The notes below the pieces were generated by a model. That model did not search any database. It had not been told where the DNA came from and saw only the letters and a list, made by a program, of their open reading frames with translations. A stretch of DNA of 64,000 bases from Hormiphora californensis. Taxonomy: Eukaryota; Animalia; Ctenophora. Position numbers and translations under genes: made by a program. The DNA lies in assembly GCA_020137815.1 (NCBI GenBank), contig CM035361.1:2232001-2296000 (forward strand). The letters run 5' to 3'. Positions within the stretch are counted from its first letter, which is position 1. Every line of letters begins with the position of its first letter. Below, in pieces: positions 16,187 through 29,545 of this stretch.

Positions 16187-17770
16187 TCAATCAATCAATC
16201 AATCAAAACTGCCGCTGGCAGTGGCATGTGCCGCAATAAATTATATAATGTCAAGAAAACCAGCCACACTGGACAAAACTGGGTGGGAATGCAGGGTGGC
16301 GCATCATGGCTAATAACACGAAGACGGGTAAGGTCTTTTGTGTGCGTTTACCAAGTTACCCCACCCTGGTACCCACCGTGTCCGAACAATGTTTCACACA
16401 GCTAATTGTAATAATCATAGATATAAATCAAATCTCAAGTCTCCCTCTCTCGAACTCATAATTCTCACCCGAGCACAAGAACAATCACTAACAATCTCTC
16501 CTCTCCTCACATGCGATCGCTCACTCTCTGATCTCAACAACGGACCCCCTCCTGATCCTAAAAATCTTCTCTGGCTCTTTCTCTCTCTTCTTTCTCAACC
16601 TAGCAACAAGATCCCTCCTCTCAGTCCGTTCCTCTACAGTTCTGTCTGGAGAAATGTACACTGATTGAAATGTCTCTGAGTCCCTCAGCTGAGCAGATTT
16701 CCCCAGAATGGTCCTAGCTGTTTCCCTGCTCCTCAGTACCACCCGAACAGGACGTTCTCGCTCATCACTCCTCCTTCCCAGTCTACTGACCTCCGACAAA
16801 ACAGGTGCTTCATCCAGATACTCGAACAATTCTTTCAAACTACTGGTGTCGTTACCATCAACATTCTCGGCTAATCCATGTACTATCAGATTTGCAGATC
16901 GGTCAACTGTAGCGCTGGCAAGGGCGGCACGTATTCTAGTTGGAGCTAATGCAGTTGCACACGTCTGCTTCATGGTGGTAGCAGCGGTCTCAAGGACGGA
17001 CGAATAACTGTTCATTTCCTCTTTAACGACAGTCTGGACAGCACAAATGCTACTCTCTAGCTGAGAGTCCTTCATTGAGATGATGGTGTCTTTCAGTGCA
17101 CTAACCTCTTCCTGAAGGGCGATCATTTTCCGGTCACGCTCCAGTAGTTCGTCCTTGACAGTGTCGAGACGGTTTCTGGTGTGCTCCAAATGTTCCAGAA
17201 GCTTCTCTACTTCCTCTCGGGACTCATCGAGTACAGGTACAGGTGTCTCCTCCACAGTCTTAAAATGGTTTCTAGCTACCTTTGACAGGGGCAGAGATCG
17301 GAACCAAAGGAGACCAGCCATGTCTGCAATCAACTTTACCTTCTTATTGGTATCAAGACTCGAAATTTTGCTGGTAGTGATTCTGTTCTGATCAAATTCA
17401 ACACCCTCCTTGTTTGAGTCAGGGTAGCCGCCGATTCTTCGCATGATAGCCAGGATCGTCTTTTCCAGCCGGATGAAGTCCGCTGCACCTGCATTATCGA
17501 AAGGAACTGAACGTTCCCATGCTGAAAACGTTCGATCCATCTGGAACTGGTGGGCCAGTACAAGTGTACTAGGTCAGGAACACTAACAATTGAACAAAGT
17601 ATGCAGAGCGCTGTTAGAGATACAAAATAGATAAGTGAAATGTGAGAAGTGCCGTGCGTTTCGCGTGTTACATACACATTTTCATCTTGCGAGTCGAGTG
17701 TGAGATGTTAGATAAGTAGTTAAGTTGGAATGTCAAAAGCTGGTTAGCAAGTGTCATGTGATTGGGAGTT
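16187..17770 (-). mobile_element. ORF1-only non-autonomous non-LTR retroelement
   Basis: Intact ORF1-like CDS, about 310 bp of 3' UTR without ORF2, stem-loop ACTGCC-AGC-GGCAGT directly before a (TTGA)5 tail. The 5' end is approximate. Confidence 0.65.
16521..17540 (-). CDS. LINE ORF1-like protein (coiled coil plus RRM/CTD-like region), 339 aa
   Basis: Coiled coil followed by RSANLIVHGLAE...SRLGR...RPVRVVL...VYISPDRTVEERTERRDLV, typical of CR1/L2/L1-type ORF1 proteins. Confidence 0.8.
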   Translation of the reverse strand: MDRTFSAWERSVPFDNAGAADFIRLEKTILAIMRRIGGYPDSNKEGVEFDQNRITTSKISSLDTNKKVKLIADMAGLLWFRSLPLSKVARNHFKTVEETPVPVLDESREEVEKLLEHLEHTRNRLDTVKDELLERDRKMIALQEEVSALKDTIISMKDSQLESSICAVQTVVKEEMNSYSSVLETAATTMKQTCATALAPTRIRAALASATVDRSANLIVHGLAENVDGNDTSSLKELFEYLDEAPVLSEVSRLGRRSDERERPVRVVLRSRETARTILGKSAQLRDSETFQSVYISPDRTVEERTERRDLVARLRKKREKEPEKIFRIRRGSVVEIRE

Positions 17771-18100
17771 AGCTAACTCTAAGCTATGTGAGAAGTACAC
17801 TGACAGCTAGATCGTATGCATCTCACATTACATTATGACCAAGCCTTGATCCTGTTGGCAGTGACAATGTCACTGACATGTGAAACGGTAGGGCAGGGAA
17901 ACACAGCATTATGAATACATAATGCAATAATTCTTGTTAATTAATCGTCACGTCACAACAAGCGAAATACAAGAATCTCTCCCGAAATTGAAATGGTTGG
18001 GGCAAATCAATGGTGGGAATTTCTTACAATATCCATAACATCCTGATCAATCTCAGTCTTTCCCACGTTCGCTAAATTTAGCTGTTTAAACAGACTTACA

Positions 18101-18552
18101 TTTTTTCCCTGCCCGGGTGAATGCCGAAGGCATTCACCCGGATGCCTTTTTACTTTGTAAAAAGGCATAGCAGGGTTAGAATTCGAAAACGACATTTTGG
18201 TATACTAACTAATCGGTAGAGGGACCATTTTGGTCACACTTTAGTTGCGAGGGGCAACGGTGTAGCAACAAGAGCCGCGCACACAGTTACGAGCTGCTCC
18301 TTCATAAACCACTTCATTGGCATGTTTTCAGGAAATGTGTGGCGCGCAATGTGGCGGTGTGGCGCGCAATTTAGTGCTACTAAAACACAAGGATTTGCTC
18401 TATACTGTTTGTGTGATATATAAATGATCGGGATTTTGTGCCCCACTTGCTGCTACAGCGGATCTGGTCATGATTTCCTTTCTTCATAGATTCACATGGC
18501 ATTGGCAGGGAAATTCAGCATTATGTTAGAACATAATGCAATTAATCTTGTT
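18101..18552 (+). mobile_element. Helentron-associated (HINE-like) element, copy 2, uninterrupted
   Basis: The first ~125 bp are identical to 15914 onward. It ends with GCAGGGAAA, a GCATTATG..CATAATGC hairpin and TCTTGTT. Confidence 0.7.
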
Positions 18553-18851
18553 AACAAAAGGTTTGAGCGTGTCAAAGTTTCTGATTAAAGAATTAATTGT
18601 CTCGGTCAGCGTATTGCTAAATAAGCCCAGTCATTTCAAAACCAATTTCATTTATGAAATAACGTCATGTGTTTTTTAACATATAGGGAAGGTCGTCCCA
18701 TCACACAATGGACAGCTGTATTCCCATTCTATTATGTATCTCCCTCCTCTCTCACACGTCCTTTTCCCGATTTTGCAGCCCCGATTTTACAATGGAAGCT
18801 CCCTATGTGGGCACGTGGAGGGGGTGGTGTAGTGCGGCAAATAGGCTGGTT

Positions 18852-19027
<176 letters not shown>

Positions 19028-20282
19028 ATCACCAATGGTATACTGAGGCAGATTGGCCATCCGCCAGCACAAATTTCACATTGTACGAATGCAAATGCTG
19101 GAAAGGAGGAGAAAAGGGAGAAACTGATAGGAGAAAAGAGAGAGAATGATAGGAGAGAAAGGATATATCGGAATCTATGAACACCCCCAGGGGGTGCTGC
19201 TGTCCTGTGTGATTTAGTTAGAAGGTGGTGGGTGCTGCTGCATCGGGGAATTAACCCTGCGGGCTCCCCCGGCTGGGCTAGTATCGAGGTGCTGGTAGGA
19301 ACTGTCAGCTCCCTTTTTGTGAGGTGCTGTAGGAACTGAGAACTACGATCTGGGCTAGTATCGAGGTGCTGGTAGAAACTTCTATCTGTCCTGTTAAGTA
19401 CTTAACAAGATCTATAATTAACTGTTTTGTGTGAGGTGCTGGTTAGGACTCGGGTATGGGCTAGCAGTTTGTGTGGCTCACACCTGACACCCTGCTGAGG
19501 GTTCGATAGATCTACTATCTGTCAGCTCCTTTTTGTGAGGTGCTGGTTAGGTTTGGGTGATTTTCTACTAGCAGATAATAAGATTGTGTTCGTATGTCTC
19601 CAATATCTATCTCGGGTGCTGCTCGTTAGATAGTGAAACACTATCCACAACATAATTTGTTTAAATGTCGCGATGTCGAAGTCATTGGTTCTGCCCTATG
19701 TGATAAAGATGGTGGATGTCTTGATTGGAAAGTGCCAAGTGGATCCCTCATTGAGACCATGACATGTGAGAGAGCGCCACCACGCGATACTGAGAACCAG
19801 TAATTTTAATCGGGGGGCTCGAAGCTCATGACAAACCGTTTAACTCCCCCAATCACATGAAATGATGGTAGTACTAAGTGAAACTACTTAGTAGTTTTAG
19901 TATGTTTAGTAGCTCTCTCTCTCTCTCTTCCATAATTAACGGGGGAATGAAAGGAAAACTCAGGCGGGTGAACTAAAAAAGGTCATGATAAAGATGGTAA
20001 TTGGTAGGTCAAGTCTAGATTCTTGAACTAGAAGCAGAATCTTGAGAAAAGTATGTTCCTGTAACTTGGTCTGGAAAATAAAAGATGCCAGATTTTGGAA
20101 GTTCGGTCGGTCGGTCCAGGACAAAATCGTATGCTTTTTTGTTTGCCGTTCCTTCCGTTTACAGTCGGTAATTGTGGAACAATGGTAACAGAAAACTGCC
20201 CCCTGAGTTCGGCTACTACAGCTGGAATCAAATAAAAACTAGTTTCTCTCTCTCTCTCTCTGTCTCTCTCTCTCTGTCTCTC

Positions 20283-20356
<74 letters not shown>

Positions 20357-22199
20357 GGGACCCGCAAGAAGGAGCACCATGGCTTCTTCCTAGGCCCCCG
20401 CCAGCTCACCAAACACATTTTATAACTGTCTAGAACACTGTAACTCTCCCTCTCCCTCTACGACTTTGTTTCCAATTCCACTCCCAATGGCACTCCATTT
20501 CCAGGTATCACCTGACCTCAACCAGCCAATCAGGAGCCAGTATTTCAACTGTCACGTGACCATGGGCCATGAGCTTTTGGGAAATTGAATTGTGATCTTA
20601 TCAGAGTTCTGCCCCTTTTTTTTAGAATGAAGTATTTGCATTTTTTAAGTTTCGAGAAAATCGACTTTAAAGTTTTTTAGAGGGTTTTTCGGAACTAAAA
20701 TTGTCATAGAAGCCCAAATAGTACGTCAAACGATTTATGACTTATACCACAAGAATCCTGAAGGAATTCTGCAGGACTTCCAATTATCAGCTATCATCAA
20801 ATTTGTCTCAAATTGATGTCAGGCATCAAAATTGATGCCTTACTCTGTTGGTTACTTCACTTATATTAGTTTTGAAAATACTTCCGTTGCTAGACTGTGA
20901 TATCTACTGAAGCATAATTTTCGTGTAGATTACTTCAGTAATTACTTCCTCAAAAAAATATACTTCAGCATAATAGCACAAAAGCACCTAAAAAGTACTT
21001 CACTTGCTATTTTCAGTAATTACTTTCTTCCTTAAAAATACTTCTTCAGACTGGTATTCAAAATGCCCCTAAGAAGTAACTTAATCGAACAAAAGTGTAC
21101 TGTGCCCTTTCAAATCGCAATCTTTACTTCCTATTTTGGATAAATCACAAACGAGTTTAATTTTCCATTTAACTAACGCGTGAAGTATAAAATGTGTTTG
21201 AATTCTTGCTAGTCTTGAAAGTAACTCCCAGAGCAGGCAGCTGCAGACAAACAACTACACAGACAAACAGTCTACGCACAAATTACAACTGCAGCTAGCC
21301 TGCAGCAGCCTCAGGGCATAAAGAGATGGGCCGCCCGCCCTTCGGTCGGAATGTTAAAATCATGGTGCTGATAAATTACGCAAACAGAAAAACGCTATGG
21401 CAACCCTCAAACTAAGGCGAACCTGCAGGTATAAAATCTGAAGATTAATCTGTTCCGGTACGAGTCATACTTTGAAATTGGTTTGAGTTCGGCTTGGTAA
21501 TATCAGAGTGAAACCATGGAGTATTGGAGATTCAAGAATTTTTCTTCCGACCTCTACATCATTCCGTGTTCATCAAATTGAACAACTACAACAGAATCAC
21601 AGACATACAAACAGATCACAGACTCAGACACACAGACAGACACACAGCCATTCAATTACATGTGTTAACAATCGCAAGTGGCTGATAACCAGTCCGTGAC
21701 CTGAATAATGAGCTCGATTGGTTGTTCCATTGGCCTGTCGTTGCTGAGGAGATAGAGAAAGGTGTCTGACAGAGTGATAATATTCGATGAGAACAGAGGA
21801 ACGGGAGTGAGATTGTGTCTCCATTCGGGTTAATTCACGAAGAGGAGTATTGTTGGGGGGTCTCGGTAGGTGTGGGAATGTGAGAGGACAGAACAGTTAG
21901 ATGACAATATAAGTTTTGTTACATATTTGAGAATTGATTTGATATCCACCGTAGTTCTTTATAATTTTTTCAACAACGAAGTTTTCCAATTCACCAGTTG
22001 AGTGAATGTTAGTTCATTGAACGTGGAGACAGTAAGGGAGGCAAAGTGGACACAGGGTTACGATCTATCTCTCTCTCTCTCTCCTTATTGTTTTTCTCTC
22101 CCTTCTTGTTTCTCTCGATCTTCTCGCTAGGGCCCCACTGGGCAGGTGTCACAAAAACTTATGTAGGTGAAGGTTAGATTGCAAATATTCACAAAGCGA

Positions 22200-24340
22200 G
22201 ATGGTGTAGTGTTTAGGGCATGTGTCGGTTTTCCACACTTGACATACCAACACCCCATACCAACATCCGCCCATACCACATAGGTATGGAGGGTGTTTGG
22301 TAATATGACGTTTTGTAGGTTCATGACTCCCATAAACCACTCAGTGGTATTATGTAATATTTCGAAGAGTAATGGTCTGGAGGGTCATTCAAGTCCTACC
22401 TATAACGCTTACATACCAACAAAATCGATGCAGCATACCAACTTGTGAAAATCCTGATATCGTGTGTATGTTACTGTCAATTTAAGCTGGCCCGATGTCG
22501 ATTCATTACACGATTCATATATCAACGATAACGGATTCAGTGGCCAGCTTTGTTGGGGTTAGTGCCTTTCAACGTACTGTGGGTGTTTAGTTTAATGCGA
22601 TACAACTCTAAGTGATCACTGTGTCTGTGTCCTTACCCTCACCAACATCCACAATTCCTATTCAGTGCCTTATGGAATTTGGCTCCGATTAGCTCTTACC
22701 GATACGCTTGTGCACTGTGCAAGTAACCTTTTATGCCGGTTTTTCGATCGGCGGTTCAGCCTAGTTGGAATACGGTGTTGTAATAACTATTGCATCTTGT
22801 CACTACCTCTAGCACAAGAGTAGTTGGTAGTACCAACACCCTCATGCCAACTCACCCAACCTTTAGGGTCTAAACCCCAAACCCCTCCGAAACCCCTCAC
22901 ATCTACAACACCTAAACCGTGCTAAACATCACCCATCAAAGCTGAACAGAGTAAATCACCAATGATATAGTAATATGTACATTGTACAATGTACATATGT
23001 AACACATACTTTTGGTGCCAAAAAAAAATAATAAAAAGCAAGTACCACACACCTGACACCACCGATACCGACCAAACTGAGTGAGGAATTCAGGGTGAAA
23101 GAGTTGTTAGTAGCGAAGACGGTGGATGAGTATGTACGTGATTTATTTCTGTTCAGATTTAGGGGGTGATGTTTTGTGTCTAGATGGAGGTTTAGGAGGA
23201 GGGGTTTAGGGTTTTGACCTTATAAGGTTGAGTTTGAGTGTATGAGGGTGTTGGTACTCTTCCGTGATGGTATTGGTGGTAATATATTCCACAAATTGAC
23301 TTCGATCTTACACATGTGTCAATGGACATGTCTCATTGTCACTGTCCATGTCACCAACAGTAATGAGGCCACTATTATAGGAGCACCATAGTTTTTCAGT
23401 GGCGTTGTTAACACGTAATGACACCTATTACAGGACAGCCAAGACCAGGAAAGATGGAGACAAGCTGCAAGGGGAGTTTAATTTAAGTTGGTTGGCCCGT
23501 TGGAGGGGCAGCCAACAGACCACAGTTAAATATCTTACGTTTGTGTGTTTGTTAAAGACGTCTTAGGAACCTGGGATACTGAGTTCTCTCCATCATCTTG
23601 TGGATATAATTCTGTAGTATTTTCATGCTATCCTTGATGGATAAATATATGGGAACCCCATAACTCTGTCTTACTCCAACCGACATACACGATACCCAGT
23701 GCAGGTACCCTTATCTTATTGGTACCGAACACAGAGTCAGATGCGAGAAGCATGCTGTCCCCTGGGATCGTTCCGATCTTGAGTGTCTCCGACGTGGCGG
23801 GATTTTGGGAAGTGGAATCATCGTGAAGATTAGAAGAGAGAGGTTGAGGAGCACATTTCTGATGATCGAGGACAGGTCTGGGGAGATATAATGGCTATAG
23901 TGGCCAGTGGTGGATGTATGGAGATTATCGCGTGCGTCCGTTGTAGTAATTCAGACATAGTTCCTGTAATTCTTATGTTTGCATTGCATTAAACCTAAAG
24001 AACCAGTAACTCCAGTCGTTAACGGCACCACCCCACCACCCAAAGCGAAGCCACTTGAATACCGTTCGTGATATACAATCGTTAATTGAATCGTCATCGG
24101 GACAGCTCTAATTGGCAGTACCATACACCCAGATTCAAGGATTTTCACAAGTTGGTATGGCTGCATCGGTTGGTATATAAGCGTTATAGAGACTTTAATA
24201 CCCTCCATACCAACTCCCTAATATAATCGATATGAGTTGTATGGAGGTCCACTGAACCTCACAAAACGCTTCCATACCAACACCCTCCATATCCTATGTG
24301 GTATGGGGATGTTTTGCTATGAGGTTGTTTGGTTAGTAAG
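22200..24340. repeat. Degenerate nested inverted repeat (foldback-like) with many ATACCAAC motifs
   Basis: About 22200-22560 is an indel-rich reverse complement of about 24040-24340. Inner arms are about 22826-22960 and 23136-23262. Confidence 0.6.
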
Positions 24341-26185
24341 TAGGATTCGGCATTGTCGTATAAGCCTCGAGGTTCCGGTTCGAGTCCCGCGTATTTGGAA
24401 AGGATTTTTGACTCTGTCCACTTTTAACTCTAATTTTTTCTCTATCTTTTTTATCAAGTTTGTCTCACTCTTTCTCTTACTTTATTACTCTTTCTTTATC
24501 GATATCTCTATAGCATTGACAGACCATGACAGACCATGACAGACCATGACCAGACCATAGTCCATAGGTCATAAGTCATAGTCATTAGTCATATCAATTA
24601 ACCCTCGGGGCTCCGAAGTTTAATCAAAACAGGGTAACGTGCTTTTTAAATCACGTCCTGATAACAATAATTATTATCATAATCAAAACGGTTTATTGTA
24701 ATTGTCAATATGTAGCCAAAAGAAACGGTAATACATTCAATGTACATGGGATAACTAAGGTGCAGCGAGCTGCGTGTGGTGGAGAAATGGCTTACCCTAT
24801 ATTTGTGTTACTATTTAACAACAACTGTCCTGAGAGTGACCAGAAACATTGTACCGCTGCAGCATGATCGCTACCCACGGATGTCCGTTTAGCTACTATT
24901 TGGGGAGGAACTCCAGACAGGTTTGATTTTTCAAACCAAGCTGCGCTGGCCCCCGAGCCTGTCGGATGATGTAAATTGAACCAACGCTAGGGCGAATAAC
25001 TTATAAAACCTTATGAGTCAGTGTTTGACAACACTGTTTTGTGGTGTCGGCTCTCTCTTTGTCTCAGAGTGCCCCTTCATAGAGATATCCAGAATCATGA
25101 TCAACCCGGCCCCCAGACAGCTCTTCTCCACGTTGTTGAGGTTTCCTTAACAACTGGTTGTGTTTGTGTCGTTACGAAGTCGGTACTGGAACATAATGCT
25201 AGCCCCCCAAAAAAAACCCGCACAAAAACCCCCAAAACCGAAAACCTACACCCTTTGAATGTGGGGTCTAATTTCGAAGAATGAGATTGGAGAACGTACG
25301 TTGTGACGGTGGGATTAGTAATTCGAGCATGTGAACGATTAATTATAATTAACTCATAGATCGAATAATTATGATATGGGATCGCCTCCGTTTCGGACCT
25401 TCACATGATGATGCTGCATCAAAGACCAAATCTTGGAAATTAACTTCATTTGCCGTGACTTGTGTTATAAATTGGCACATATTATATAAAAAATGAAGTT
25501 TCTTAAGTTTGAAGTATTTTTTCTGGATTCGAAACAAGAAAGCTTTGAATCCACCAGATTTATGAAAGCTCAGTGTCTTTCAATTGAAGTAATGAAGTGA
25601 AGTATCTTCTGCTTGAAAATACTTCAAACAAAATCTGCGACTGATTTTATGAAGCATTTTTCAATTGAAGTAATGAAGTGAAGTATCTTCTGAGTAGGAC
25701 AATCTTTCAACAAAATCGGCAGCTGGATTGAAGTATTTCGAATATAATTTTTAATGAAGCAAACAACTGAAGCAATTTTGTCTGGCGGTTATTACTTCTA
25801 TGGTAGAAAAGTTTAACTAACGAAGCATAATTTATTTCCGAATTATATTAGCGAAGCAATTGCCATTTGCTTCACTTTTCTGCGTTTTTCAAAATAAAAG
25901 TACTTCACAAAAACATCACTCTATTTTTTGATAGATATTGAGACACGAGACTTAGCCCATCTGTAGATCTTTTTCTCCTGATCAAGATGGTATAATAACT
26001 CAAAATCGCCAAATTGCAAATCCTACTTCATTACTAAAAAAAGGGGCAGAGTTGTGGCATTGGCGACTATGGGTGAAAATGACCAATATTACATGCCAGC
26101 GATGGAGAGAGAGGAGAGGCGGGGGGGGGGGGGGGGGGGGGGTGGGGGGGAGGGGGGGGGTGGTGGGGGGGGGGAGGGGAGGGTG

Positions 26186-26218
<33 letters not shown>

Positions 26219-26248
26219 CGAGAGATAGAGTGCAGAGAGAGAGAAGAG

Positions 26249-26288
<40 letters not shown>

Positions 26289-28209
26289 GGCATGGGTGCC
26301 TGCTGCTGCACAAATGAAATGTTTCTAGCAGGATTGTTTAGTCATTGGAACCTGATACACATGGTGCTGATGTAATTGAGAGCTGTACTGGAGGGGTGGA
26401 GATCTGGTCTGGTGGGAGAGGAGGGGGTGGAGATCTGTTCACCTTCAATCTGAGAACCGCAGTGATCAGAGCATTGGCCTGGTAGCAATCTCAATTGTAT
26501 CTGCAGATATTCACCAGAACATTAAAGGATAGGATAGATCCGTTTGAATCTGAAATGTATAAACCAAGACTTCATGTCAGAAATCAAAGCATTTCTAATT
26601 CATTAATTAAGTTTGTTATGGTAGATATTGACACTATCAACAAATCGTATCACGCAATGCGTTTTACGTATTACGATTTCTTAGAAGTGTCAATAACTAT
26701 ATTCTCTACCAATAAACAAATTATTTTTAGCCATGTTTAAATAGTGCGAGTTTTCATATCCCGAGTCTAAGTAGGAAACATCAGACCCTTTCTACACCCT
26801 AGATAGAAGGAATACATATCCAGAATGTGGGTTATGGTAGTTGTACTGACGCATTCGCGGACAAAAAAGGGGATTGGGGGATATTGCTGCACTGAATAAA
26901 GATGGGAGTGGTTCCAAGAGGGGATAGAATTGGTTCCGTAGGTGAAGTGCCCTTGAAACATTGAATAATTGTGTGCTGTAATTAAAATCTTTCCTCATCC
27001 CTAGGACCCTTAACAAGATCAACTGAAAGTCCCGCAGTTAGCTGTGGTGGTGGAACCTTTCCGAAGTTAATCAAATTGTTTTCACTATCTTTGCTGTCAT
27101 GACAACTACCAATATTTTGACAAAAAAGTCATGGTAAGAGATTCAAAATTTACATTAAGTCGTAGGTCAACTGTCAGCGTTATAATTCCGGTCTTAGCGA
27201 AGTGCGAGAAAGGTAGACAGTAGATCGAGTTGCCTCGCTCGACCCTCTTCCCCGCACCCCGGGTTTGAACAAAACAAAGATTGAGTGGGTGGGTGGACTG
27301 GTTAGAAGAGCCGTCTACTATTATCATGATTATACCCGTTCCCGCCCTACTGTATGGGGGTATAATGCTAGAAATGAACAAAATATATAATCTGTCACCC
27401 ACGCTTTTCCAAGCCCTGTTTGCTTTTCCGAACATGAATATAATGGTCATTGTTTGTAACAATCATTCATTGTCAGTTTCACTACTGCCGCCAGCCTGGA
27501 ATCATGGATGGAAGGAATATTACGATTATGCAGGTCAGCGTTGACCCAATTGGCGATTATAACTCCGAATTTTTTGTGGAAATTGCCATCTTCAGCCGGC
27601 CAATACATCGCCAAACCACCGAGCTATTTTATCTGATGAATAAAGGAAGGTTGAATGATACGGCTCTTGGAAGGCATTCCATACATTGCATTGAGTAGCT
27701 TGAAACATTCCAAAAGGACCAAGAGTTCTGAAAAGTCACGTGAACTTGCCCCCACCTACCACATTTTTGCCCTACACGCCTGTTCCCTGGCCCTCAGGCT
27801 CCTAGAAAAGACGGAAATTTATATCTGAGTAGATTGTTCATTTGGGTATTTGAAATTTATGGACATAGAAATGAATAATTTCGCAAATTCTTGTAATTTT
27901 ATGGCATGAGTAGATAGACTTGAGGGCGGGCCTGGTTATTGGTTTTTCTTCCCAGAAAAAAGGGGGTTAGCTGAGGTGCTTGTGTATCTGTAGCTCCAAA
28001 CCACCGCGGTGGTGCACCGGAGCGAAGTTTTATGTTGAGATGAGTGAAAAGTTGATGGGAGTGTAAGAGATAGAGAGGGATAGAGTGAGAGAGAGAGGGA
28101 GAGGGAGAGAGGGAGTACTAGTAGAGCGAGAGAGATAGAAAGAGAGAAAGAAAGAGAGAGAGAGGGGTGAGAGACAGCACCGGAAACCAGGTCTGACAAA
28201 TGAGAGGGT

Positions 28210-28263
<54 letters not shown>

Positions 28264-28401
28264 CCTCTCTTCTCTCTCTCTCTCTCTCCCTCTCATGACA
28301 ACCAGCTTGCAACCGACAGGGTGTAAGAGTCATCGGAGTTTCCATTTTCCGTGTCCTCCAGCCTCCTGCTGAACAGAAAGAAAAAAGAGAGAGAAAGAGG
28401 G

Positions 28402-28533
<132 letters not shown>

Positions 28534-28551
28534 AGAGAAGAGAGAGAAGAG

Positions 28552-28587
<36 letters not shown>

Positions 28588-29507
28588 GAGAGAGAGAGAT
28601 AGAGAGAGAGGGAGGGAGAGATAGTTTGTTATGCGTGGGGTACTTTAAAATCAATGAAATTTCTCTCTCTTACTCCTGTTTCAAACCATCTCTCAACTAT
28701 TCTATCCCTTCTCTCTCACTCTTTAAACTATCCCTCTTTCTTTCTCCCTCTCCCCTCTCTCTCTCTGCCTTTCTCCACACTGTCTCTTCAATGATGTCTC
28801 ATTTGGATAAGTAGACATAGCTTACACGCCAAAAACCCTACAAACCAGGATATGAAAAGATAGAAAGATAGAGATGGAAAGATAGAAATATAGAGATGGA
28901 AAGATAGAAAGATAGAGATGGAAAGATAGAAAGATAGACATGAAAGGGATTTCCTGGGGGCTGATAGGTACAGTCCAGCATGTGTGCAGGAGTGGCAGCA
29001 AGTGGGGAAATTTGAAACATGTCTGAGTAGTAAAACACACGTAGGTAGTCTACTGAAACCATTTCGCAACTCGGTCAATGTGGACTGAGGGTGCCCGTTT
29101 TTTTCGAAGCTTTGTTGACCAAGTGGCTCTACGACTGTAGATGGCTATCAATAACCAAACCTCGAGGAGCAATAATTGGTATTATCGAGTTTGATTATTG
29201 ACATTCGAGAACTCAAAACCATGATACATTTTCCCGACGTACCTTGTGCCTGAGAGGGTTTTTCCTTTTGGGGGGGCTGCATATCTGTTCCCGGAAAATT
29301 TGGGCTGGTGCCCTTTTTAGGGGTACATGAAAAAAAGAAGGAAGAGGGGGGAGAGAGGGGAGAGGAGGGGGGAGAGAGAGGAGAGAGAAGAAGAGAAAAA
29401 GAAGGCGGGTAGAACCTCAGCATACAATAATTTTTGGGGGCGGATACTACTTTGAAATACGTCCTGATGGCTGATCTATTTTTCCCCCTTTCCCCTTTCT
29501 CTCTCTC

Positions 29508-29545
<38 letters not shown>

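Larger units (their letters stand above)
15914..17938 (+). mobile_element. Helentron-associated (DINE-1/HINE-like) element, copy 1, interrupted by a retroelement
   Basis: 5' end TTTTTTCCCTGC with two perfect hairpins and GCAGGG. 3' end GCAGGGAAA (subterminal IR), then a GCATTATG..CATAATGC hairpin and TCTTGTT. The same ends bound copy 2. Confidence 0.7.
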
